64,000 nucleotides of DNA from Lachnospiraceae bacterium. Its GTDB lineage: Bacteria; Bacillota; Clostridia; Lachnospirales; Lachnospiraceae. Position 1 is the first letter of the stretch. Every line of letters begins with the position of its first letter. Below the pieces are notes generated by a model. The model did not search any database. It worked only from the letters and a program-made list of their open reading frames with translations, and had not been told where the DNA came from. Shown here one piece after another: positions 9,917-17,305 of the stretch. The stretch covers positions 6,636 through 70,635 of the forward strand of contig JAGOLM010000002.1 of the NCBI GenBank assembly GCA_017994075.1, written 5' to 3'. Both the position numbers and the translations under genes were made by a program.

Positions 9917-10098
9917 ACCTTGTTCGCATTATTTGACACTTTTTTAAATATATTGTTAACAAGATCTGTGATCTGCTCTTTAAAAATAAGGACCAAAGAA
10001 ATTGCTACAACCAACAAAAGCACTACCTCCAATACGCTAGCTCCACTTTCATCATCAATAAAATCTTTGATCTCATTTTTTAACTCAATTAGTTTCAT
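9913..10098 (-). CDS. flp: Flp1-like major pilin
   Basis: 61 aa. DDESG|ASVLEVVLLL (Gly at -1, Glu at +5) followed by a hydrophobic helix. GAGG RBS. Confidence 0.9.
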   Translation of the reverse strand: MKLIELKNEIKDFIDDESGASVLEVVLLLVVAISLVLIFKEQITDLVNNIFKKVSNNANKV

Positions 10099-10145
10099 AT
10101 ATATTGCATACCTCGCTTCTATAACTACTTTTCTATTTTTTTTAT

Positions 10146-10215
10146 TTCTTATTTAAAATTCTTTATTCAAAGTTCTTTATTTAAAACTTTTTATTTAAAG
10201 TCCTCTATTTTAAAA
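10146..10215. repeat. Five degenerate tandem ~14-bp units upstream of flp
   Basis: TTCTTATTTAAAA / TTCTTTATTCAAAG / TTCTTTATTTAAAA / CTTTTTATTTAAAG / TCCTCTATTTTAAAA. Confidence 0.75.
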
Positions 10216-10220
10216 AATTC

Positions 10221-11495
10221 TCATATCGATATTCCCCACATAGCAGGAACCATTAATACAACCATAACTATTCCAAGTATCCCCATAAGTGGAATTAATA
10301 GCCTCGTAGATATTTTCTCACCGGCCATTCTTATTCTTTGTCGCTCCCTGGTTTCTGCATCTATAGCTTCTCTTTCAAGTTTTGCCTGCATATCTTCAGT
10401 TCCAAGTCTAAGATTTTGGGTAAGTATGGTTGATAATTTTCTAAATACCCTGTCATCTCTGCCCATTCTTTCATATGCTTCCATTTCCGAGGTTCCGGAT
10501 TGTATCAGCCTGGTAATTTTTAAGACCGAGTCATATCCGGCTCTACATTCTGTCTTGATTTCTAATATCGATTCACTATAGTCTCTTGTTATTATTTCGA
10601 ATGACTTTTTTACTGTCATTCCGCAACTCACAAAAAGTGACAGTTTTCGAATTATTTCAGGATAATCACGTTCTAGGTCCTCATTTCTTTTCTTTTTCTT
10701 AGTCTTTAGAATCTCTTTTTCTCTAAGAGGCCATATAATTATAAGAAGTAATCCCAATGCACATATGATCTCTCCCCTTTTTTCCATTGGCTTCTTCCAA
10801 TTTATTTTTTTCCCATAGATAGTGTCAGGTAAGACAAATCTTTCTTTTTCTGGCACTGATCTATCCTTGTTTTTCACTAAGTTCTGCACTAGTTTTACGA
10901 AATCTTCTTGTTCATTTATGTCCGGCTTCATAACGACAAACGAAAAATTGTAAGTTTCCTCCATGTCATCGCAGGCAAGATTAACAATGGCATCAACCAT
11001 TTCCCTGTCTTCTATGGACTCATTTGTAATTACTCCCTTTGATGTCACCAGATCATCTCGACTAAAATTCCATGTAGCAGATACCTTCCCATCCCGATAT
11101 TCGCTTCTCATAACTACTGGTTTCTTTATTTTATCTATACTTTTATTTTTCCCCGGAAAAGTTCTGTCAATTTCCTTTTCCGCCTCTTTTATATATTTTT
11201 CCTTTTCCATTTTACTGAGCTTTCTATTGTTGATCTCAATTTCCAGAGAATCCTTTTCTTTTCCTCTGGCAACCTCTAGAACTTCTTTCCTGGAACCTTC
11301 GCCTGCTTCATTTCTGATTATTTCTCCATCATAGAAAACCCGATTTTGGAGATAGTCTACGGTGAATGTCAGGATTCCAATTATTTCTAGAGCAAAAATC
11401 ATTTTCCCTATAAAACTATTTTTAATAAAAGGATTGTTACTTTTCCTATATAAAAGAATCGTTACAAAAAAAATTATTAATGTTATCATATCCAC
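10221..11495 (-). CDS. tadC: TadC/T2SS-F platform protein with large extracytoplasmic insertion
   Basis: C-terminal T2SS-F segment (DYPEIIRKLSLFVSCGMTV...AGEKISTRLLIPL). About 190-aa soluble region between the TM segments. Confidence 0.8.
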   Translation of the reverse strand: MDMITLIIFFVTILLYRKSNNPFIKNSFIGKMIFALEIIGILTFTVDYLQNRVFYDGEIIRNEAGEGSRKEVLEVARGKEKDSLEIEINNRKLSKMEKEKYIKEAEKEIDRTFPGKNKSIDKIKKPVVMRSEYRDGKVSATWNFSRDDLVTSKGVITNESIEDREMVDAIVNLACDDMEETYNFSFVVMKPDINEQEDFVKLVQNLVKNKDRSVPEKERFVLPDTIYGKKINWKKPMEKRGEIICALGLLLIIIWPLREKEILKTKKKKRNEDLERDYPEIIRKLSLFVSCGMTVKKSFEIITRDYSESILEIKTECRAGYDSVLKITRLIQSGTSEMEAYERMGRDDRVFRKLSTILTQNLRLGTEDMQAKLEREAIDAETRERQRIRMAGEKISTRLLIPLMGILGIVMVVLMVPAMWGISI

Positions 11496-12254
11496 CTATA
11501 TCTTTTCAGTGATCTTCTTGCCCAACAAAAGGCAAAAAATATATGCGATCATACAAGCAGTCATGATTATGTGTCCCGCCGCACCAGCATACATAGGCAT
11601 AATAAATCCTGCTGCCGTAAGTCGAATGTATATAATGATAAATACTGGCATTATGCTCATTATTTTCATCTCCAGCCTCTTTTCCGCAGTAATGACATCG
11701 ATGTCCATCATGATCTCAATATTCTCGCTTATCTTATCTGCTGTATGACGTATGTTCCTGACATAATCACCGCCCATCCTTTTGGCATATATAAATATTT
11801 CAGCGAATTCTTTCACTTCATCCAATCCGATTTCATTTGAAAAATCCCAAAAAGCTTCTTCAATTGACCTATTCAGGCAAACTTCCGAATTGATCTTGTG
11901 AAGTTTATCTTTCATATAGGATTCATCCCCATACTGGATGCAAAGCTCTCTTTCTTCCTCGAGAAACGCCTTCTCTATTGATAGACCACCTGATAGAAAT
12001 GAGGCAACACCAATTAAGAATTCTCGATATTCTTCTCTAAATTTTCTGACGAAGTCTTCCCTTGCCTTTTTCTTCTGATATAAATTATTTATCACGTAAA
12101 TAATCGGAAATATGACCATTCCCCAAATGCTGTCATATACAATCCAAGACACCAGAATTGCCTCTGTAAAACTTATAAGCACTGTTTTTATTCTAGGTTG
12201 AATCCTGCTATTTCTGCCTTCCCTTTGTTCTGAAGTATGTCCTTTTTTACCCAT
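11496..12254 (-). CDS. tadB: TadB/T2SS-F platform protein
   Basis: LSGGLSIEKAF...EVKEFAEIFIYAKRMGGD...TAEKRLEMKIMSIMP. Lies directly downstream of cpaF. Confidence 0.85.
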   Translation of the reverse strand: MGKKGHTSEQREGRNSRIQPRIKTVLISFTEAILVSWIVYDSIWGMVIFPIIYVINNLYQKKKAREDFVRKFREEYREFLIGVASFLSGGLSIEKAFLEEERELCIQYGDESYMKDKLHKINSEVCLNRSIEEAFWDFSNEIGLDEVKEFAEIFIYAKRMGGDYVRNIRHTADKISENIEIMMDIDVITAEKRLEMKIMSIMPVFIIIYIRLTAAGFIMPMYAGAAGHIIMTACMIAYIFCLLLGKKITEKI

Positions 12255-13390
12255 TTGTTTCCTTCTAATTCGTACAGCACCCCTAGCTGTATATCACCAT
12301 TCATAATTCCTCTGACCTCGGCTATTTCTGTTACCCTTCTCTCTCCTGATGCCATTTTCTCAAGATGTACCATAATATCCAATCCAGAGGCAATCTGATT
12401 TTTTATAACTTCTATTGGAAGGTTCTCTGCCATAAGTGACATGCTAATAATTCTAGATATCATATCTTCTGTAGAATTGCCGTGACCGGTACTAAGTCCT
12501 CCATCGTGTCCTGTATTAAATGCCTGCAGCATCTCAAGAGTTTCTGCTCCTCTACATTCACCTACAATGATTCTGTCAGGTCGCATCCTAAGACTCGTTC
12601 GAACCAGATCTCTGATCGTTATCTCTAATCTACCTTCTAGATTTTTATTTCTTCCTTCTAATCTGACCAGATTTTGAACGCCTATGACTCTTAATTCAGC
12701 CGAATCTTCAATAGTTATCACTCGTTCATGTGGGGCGATAAATTCTGTAAGTGCATTTAAGAATGTTGTTTTGCCACTTGATGTTCCCCCTGAAATAAAA
12801 ATGTTGTATCTGCTAACAATTGCCTTTTTCAGGAAATCACTAATTTCTTCATTGATAGTACCAAGTGTCAACAGTTTTTCCATATCTATTGACTCTTTGG
12901 GGAATTTTCTAATGGATATCGTTCCTCCATCAACCGCTACCGGCGGTAATACGATATTCACTCTAGATCCATCCTCTAACCTTGTATCAACGATCGGAAC
13001 ACTTTCATTCACGATTTTATTTTGAGATGCCACAATTCTCTGTATGATATCTTCCAATTTACCCGGTTCTGAAAAATACTTATCAGACTTTTGTATTCTT
13101 CCGTTCTTTTCATAAAAGATATTTAAAGGACCATTGACCATTATTTCTGAAATGTTGTCATCATCCAAAAATTCCTGGATAATATCTAATTTTCGAAGCG
13201 AATAAAAAACATTTTTTTCAATTTGCTTTCTTCTCTCTATGCCAATAGATGTTTCCTTACCTTTTTGGCATATTATCTCTCTTATAGTGCTAAGTACTTC
13301 TCCATCACTTAGCTCTCTATCAAGGTCTAAATCCTTCTTTACCTGTTGACGGATGATCTCTACTATTTTTTCTTCTTGTAATTCTTCCAC
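12188..13390 (-). CDS. cpaF: CpaF/TadA pilus assembly ATPase
   Basis: Walker A GGTSSGKTT, Asp box TIEDSAEL, Walker B RPDRIIVGE, His box NTGHDGGLSTGH. Confidence 0.95.
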   Translation of the reverse strand: MEELQEEKIVEIIRQQVKKDLDLDRELSDGEVLSTIREIICQKGKETSIGIERRKQIEKNVFYSLRKLDIIQEFLDDDNISEIMVNGPLNIFYEKNGRIQKSDKYFSEPGKLEDIIQRIVASQNKIVNESVPIVDTRLEDGSRVNIVLPPVAVDGGTISIRKFPKESIDMEKLLTLGTINEEISDFLKKAIVSRYNIFISGGTSSGKTTFLNALTEFIAPHERVITIEDSAELRVIGVQNLVRLEGRNKNLEGRLEITIRDLVRTSLRMRPDRIIVGECRGAETLEMLQAFNTGHDGGLSTGHGNSTEDMISRIISMSLMAENLPIEVIKNQIASGLDIMVHLEKMASGERRVTEIAEVRGIMNGDIQLGVLYELEGNKWVKKDILQNKGKAEIAGFNLE

Positions 13391-13400
13391 TTTTTCTCAC

Positions 13401-14438
13401 CTATCCCACCGCTCTTACTACTCTGTCGTATCTCTTTACATTGTTTATCCACTTGCCTGGATTATCGTGCATAAGTTCAACTATATCGAATTTTCTTCCA
13501 AACTCTTTATCTCGATCCTCTAATCGAACCTCCTGAACAGATATGTTTAGCTTCTTTCTCTCCAGATAGTACTCATATTTTTTCATGCATTCTTCAGCGT
13601 ACTCATCATTTCCTTCCACAAGTATGATCTCGCTTAGCCCCTTCATGATTCCATTTATTTCATTTCCCATTTCTCCTATTACAATCACAACCACATCAAA
13701 AGGACTTTGTTTTAATTTTGCTGCCAGTTGGCTCCACTGCTCTTTTTCTATTTCCCACAGTTCTGCAGGATCCGACACCGGAGCCATATACGCCAGTCCA
13801 TCATAGAAATTGACATAATCTCCTAAAGATATTTCATACTCCGCTGTCTCTGTCGACAATGCATACATATAATCTGTAAGGTTATGGATCGGATCTTTTC
13901 CTACCACTTTATTTAAATAGGAATTTGCTTCGAGATCCACTAAGAGAACTTTTCCATTGTTTTTGCAAATATTACTGTAGACAAGTGAAAATGGAAGTTT
14001 CAGTCTGTTGTGACTAGGAGAATAAACACCTATCAGCTTACTGTCGCTTCCTGAACAATTCTTAGAAGCATTTTTTAATGTAAACCGCTCCAGTTTCTCC
14101 ATAAATGTTCTCATATCTTGAAATTTATATAGATGATTCATGCCTATCTCCGGAACATCATTGGCACCTAAGAGCTGTATATCCACCGATTTCCCCTTGC
14201 TTTTATCTTGGAGTTTAATTCCATCATCTCTATCACCATCTAGTAATTCATCATGGATATTCCCGATAAAATCTTTTGTCAATAGTCTTACATCAAAAGT
14301 GTTGCTTGATGAAATGTATCCATCTGTATCCGAGAAGCATGTGATATCATACTCGTCACTGTCTCCCATCAGGTATCCCACCAACGCTCTTAAGTAGCTG
14401 ACATCCATATCGCATATTAGCATCTTTGTTTTTTTCAT
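13401..14438 (-). CDS. TadZ/CpaE-like protein (receiver-like N-terminus, degenerate ParA/MinD-like domain)
   Basis: LICDMDVSY receiver-like start. IGVYSP motif with no GKT. VLLVDLE strand. Sits just upstream of cpaF. Start moved to ATG 14438 after GGAGGT. Confidence 0.65.
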   Translation of the reverse strand: MKKTKMLICDMDVSYLRALVGYLMGDSDEYDITCFSDTDGYISSSNTFDVRLLTKDFIGNIHDELLDGDRDDGIKLQDKSKGKSVDIQLLGANDVPEIGMNHLYKFQDMRTFMEKLERFTLKNASKNCSGSDSKLIGVYSPSHNRLKLPFSLVYSNICKNNGKVLLVDLEANSYLNKVVGKDPIHNLTDYMYALSTETAEYEISLGDYVNFYDGLAYMAPVSDPAELWEIEKEQWSQLAAKLKQSPFDVVVIVIGEMGNEINGIMKGLSEIILVEGNDEYAEECMKKYEYYLERKKLNISVQEVRLEDRDKEFGRKFDIVELMHDNPGKWINNVKRYDRVVRAVG

Positions 14439-14440
14439 TT

Positions 14441-14965
14441 TTACCTCCAAATCAATACAATAAGTTCTGTTAAAAAAGCGCCTATAAACATAAATGGTAC
14501 CATTGCTATTTTTCCCGACTCCGCCTCATCCCTGGGATAATGTATGATTTTCTTTTCAATTGATATTTGATAGATATAATTGCCTAACACATATATCCTA
14601 CGCATCAATTCCCCACGAAATATCATTACCGTCAGTGAATATGTCCCTGCTGTTATAAATATCATTCCTGTAAAAAGAACCGCCCATTCCCTTGGTACCA
14701 TTGAAGATATAACTGCAATCACTTTAATATCTCCGGCTCCCAATACTCTTGCTGCAAATAATATAAATAGAATTATGATCGGACATATGAGACTGATTAA
14801 CCATTCCTCAATCCCATTAATGTTTCCGGCTACTGCAGCTCTTATCAATGTCACTATCAGTCCTATCAGAATATATACATTTGGAATTCTTTTTTTCTTA
14901 AAATCAAATATTGTTGCCCCTGATAGGAATATCAGGATAAAAGCTATATCTATTTCATTCGGCAT
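14441..14965 (-). CDS. cpaA: A24 prepilin peptidase CpaA/TadV
   Basis: IFDFKKKRIPN and LGAGDIK catalytic Asp motifs. First gene of the Tad operon. Start at 14965 after GAGGAG. Confidence 0.88.
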   Translation of the reverse strand: MPNEIDIAFILIFLSGATIFDFKKKRIPNVYILIGLIVTLIRAAVAGNINGIEEWLISLICPIIILFILFAARVLGAGDIKVIAVISSMVPREWAVLFTGMIFITAGTYSLTVMIFRGELMRRIYVLGNYIYQISIEKKIIHYPRDEAESGKIAMVPFMFIGAFLTELIVLIWR

Positions 14966-15091
14966 TTTATCTCCTCTCATCGTGTAGAGATTATATTCTC
15001 CGTTTACCCTGATTTACATAGCACCTCGTGCAAGTTTCATTTTTGTTAAATATGCTGAAATTTATCTTTTTTGCGATTAATTTATTCTTTC

Positions 15092-15120
15092 ATTATATTT
15101 ATGCGGTTTTATGCTCTAAA
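15092..15120 (-). promoter_or_regulatory. Putative sigma-A promoter of the Tad operon
   Basis: TTTAGA-17 nt-TATAAT. The spacer is GCATAAA-ACC-GCATAAA. Confidence 0.5.
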
Positions 15121-15150
15121 GATTTTTTATCTAACATATTTTTTAGACAC

Positions 15151-15187
15151 AAAAAAAGAAGAAGATTCTATAAAAAATCTTCTTCTT
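15151..15187 (-). terminator. Intrinsic terminator after fliS
   Basis: 12-bp stem AAGAAGAAGATT/AATCTTCTTCTT with a T-run on the minus strand. Confidence 0.8.
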
Positions 15188-15238
15188 AAAATTTTCTGCC
15201 AAAACAAATGGTTTGTTTGTTTTCACATAAACATTTGA

Positions 15239-15715
15239 TTACACTAGAAATCCTCTTCTGGAATCGTAATTTTCCTGCATTCCCGTCACATCATTCCTAT
15301 CATAGGTCAGGCCAAATGTTATCTTTTCTGCATTTTTCATCAGTGGTGCACTATTATCACTTTGTGCAAGCTGCACAAAGGATTCCCTGAGATTTGACAT
15401 TACTTTCAAGGTATCTTCGAGGTATTTATCATCTCTTGAATAAATTGACTTTGAGATACATCTATCACAGTAATCATAAAGAGTATACAGATTACGGGAC
15501 TGCGGATATCTAAAATCAAGATCATTCTTCAGATGAAGTATTACTCTCGATGCATTATGACAAGAATTCTTATACTCGTCATTGTTACCATCTTGGAGTG
15601 CTTTATGAGATTCATCTATGTATTTATTATAAATGTCAAACAGAACAACTATTAGCTCTGTTCTGTTACTCTGTATAATTCTCTGGGTATATTCTTTGAT
15701 TTCTTCAGATGTCAT
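15239..15715 (-). CDS. fliS: Flagellin chaperone FliS paralog with C-terminal extension
   Basis: ELIVVLFD...ILHLKNDLDFRYPQSRNLYTLYDYC FliS pattern. Directly downstream of the flagellin. Confidence 0.8.
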   Translation of the reverse strand: MTSEEIKEYTQRIIQSNRTELIVVLFDIYNKYIDESHKALQDGNNDEYKNSCHNASRVILHLKNDLDFRYPQSRNLYTLYDYCDRCISKSIYSRDDKYLEDTLKVMSNLRESFVQLAQSDNSAPLMKNAEKITFGLTYDRNDVTGMQENYDSRRGFLV

Positions 15716-15765
15716 ACTTTTTCCTCTTTATATATCTTCTCGTTTCTTCAAAATATCTGTCTCTT

Positions 15766-15797
15766 AATCAATAAAGTAAATCTTCTGTTTATTGATT
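15766..15797 (-). other. Intercistronic stem-loop 3' of flagellin
   Basis: AATCAATAAA/TTTATTGATT 10-bp stem with 12-nt loop and no U-tail. May stabilise the flagellin mRNA. Confidence 0.55.
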
Positions 15798-15800
15798 TAA

Positions 15801-17243
15801 TTATTTCTGAAGAAGCTGCAGTGCTGTCTGAGGAATCTCATTGGCCTGTGACAGTACACTTGTAGCTGCCTGCTGGAGAACATTATACCTAGTATAATCC
15901 GCCATCTCCACTGCCATATCTGAATCTTCGATACGAGAAACTGCTGAGTTCATATTTTCATCTGTTTCATCCAGACTCATTACTGTACTCTCAAGACGAT
16001 TCTGGTTAGCTCCCATTCCTGATCTTATCTCGCTTACCCTGGCAATTGCCTTATCGAGATTAGCCATGGCTCTGTCCGGACCACCTGCTTTTGTTACATC
16101 TATTTCATCCAGATACATATTTTCAGAACTTATTGATGGTATTCTAACCTTCATATTCTGACTCTCATTAGCTCCGATCTGGAGAACCATTGGGCCTATG
16201 TCTGATACTTCTATATCCAGATCACCCGTTGACCATCCACTGATTACTGTTCCTGTTCCATCCTTTACAGCATCATTTTGAGCGAGAAACTCCATCTCGA
16301 ATCCATTTGTATCTGTAACGGTGTACCTATTTCCATCTGTGTTGACTGTAGCCTGTTTGCTAAATCCAAACACCGGTGGATTTGTGGTCAGATCCTCTGT
16401 TTTTAAAGTAATATCGGCGTCTGTTCCATAACTGGTTGTCTTTAGGTCGGTAAATCCAAAATAATCTCTTAGTCCTTCATTACCAAAAACAACCTCTACG
16501 CTGCTGCTCTTTCCATAAAAATTTGAAGATATCTTAAGGGGATCTCCCTCATTGGATATCTGACAAGATGCTTCCTCTGCACCCTTCCTTAGTGATTCGT
16601 ATACTTCACTTGCGCTCATTCCCTCTGTGATCTTGATACCTACGCCATTGATTTTCATAGCTCCTGCCTGAGCTGCAGTCACAGTTCCTGTAAGCGGAGT
16701 CGCTGTAGCATTAGAAGTACTGGCTTGTTCAGCTGCTGAATTTATTGTCATTTTATAGGTTCCTGGTGTGACAGATTCACTTACGTACGTTCTGGAAAAA
16801 TGCTCCCCATAAACTCTGGTATCAAGAGAGCCATCCAAAAGTGATTTTGTATTGAATTCTGTATCCGTAGATACTCGATCGATTTCATTTCTAAGAGAAC
16901 CAATCTCTTTTTGAACAGCTCCCCTTTCATCTGGTGAATTAAGTTCATTAGCCGCCTGAACTGATAGCTCTCTCATTCTCTGAAGCATGCTTGTAACTTC
17001 TGAAAGTGCTCCATCAGCTGTCTGAATCACACTTACTCCATCGTTAGCATTCTGTGATGCTCTGCCTAATCCTTTGATCTGCGTATGCATTTTACCAGAA
17101 ATAGCCATTCCTGATGGATCATCCTTGGAATGATTGATTTTTAATCCACTTGAAAGTCTCTGCATTGCTGCAGTCAGATTATCTTCCGTTCTTAAAAGCT
17201 GTTTATTTGTTACAACTGCTGAGATATTATTATTGATTTTCAT
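15801..17243 (-). CDS. fliC: Flagellin (480 aa) with central variable domain
   Basis: N-terminal RLSSGLKIN...DDPSGMAI...NANDGVSVIQTADGAL...LQRMRELSVQA. C-terminal GANQNRLE...SRIEDSDMAVEM...LSQAN. Confidence 0.95.
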   Translation of the reverse strand: MKINNNISAVVTNKQLLRTEDNLTAAMQRLSSGLKINHSKDDPSGMAISGKMHTQIKGLGRASQNANDGVSVIQTADGALSEVTSMLQRMRELSVQAANELNSPDERGAVQKEIGSLRNEIDRVSTDTEFNTKSLLDGSLDTRVYGEHFSRTYVSESVTPGTYKMTINSAAEQASTSNATATPLTGTVTAAQAGAMKINGVGIKITEGMSASEVYESLRKGAEEASCQISNEGDPLKISSNFYGKSSSVEVVFGNEGLRDYFGFTDLKTTSYGTDADITLKTEDLTTNPPVFGFSKQATVNTDGNRYTVTDTNGFEMEFLAQNDAVKDGTGTVISGWSTGDLDIEVSDIGPMVLQIGANESQNMKVRIPSISSENMYLDEIDVTKAGGPDRAMANLDKAIARVSEIRSGMGANQNRLESTVMSLDETDENMNSAVSRIEDSDMAVEMADYTRYNVLQQAATSVLSQANEIPQTALQLLQK

Positions 17244-17305
17244 GTCTTACCTCTTTCGTTTCCATATCATTTTGCTTCATCCGAGCAATCAAACCATTTC
17301 AGGTC

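Noticed and set aside
10146-10215. Tandem array as a mini-CRISPR
   Set aside because: Units are 13-15 bp and abut with no unique spacers. No cas genes and no CRISPR-like array anywhere in the window.
6900-11480. A7-A8/T7-T8 homopolymer runs in Tad genes as slipped-strand switches
   Set aside because: Such runs are common throughout this AT-rich window, including housekeeping genes, and all frames are intact.
14981-15240. c-di-GMP (GEMM) riboswitch upstream of the Tad or flagellin operons
   Set aside because: No GGCAAA/GAAA tetraloop-receptor two-stem pattern found by eye here or at 20510-20690. An Rfam cmscan would be decisive.
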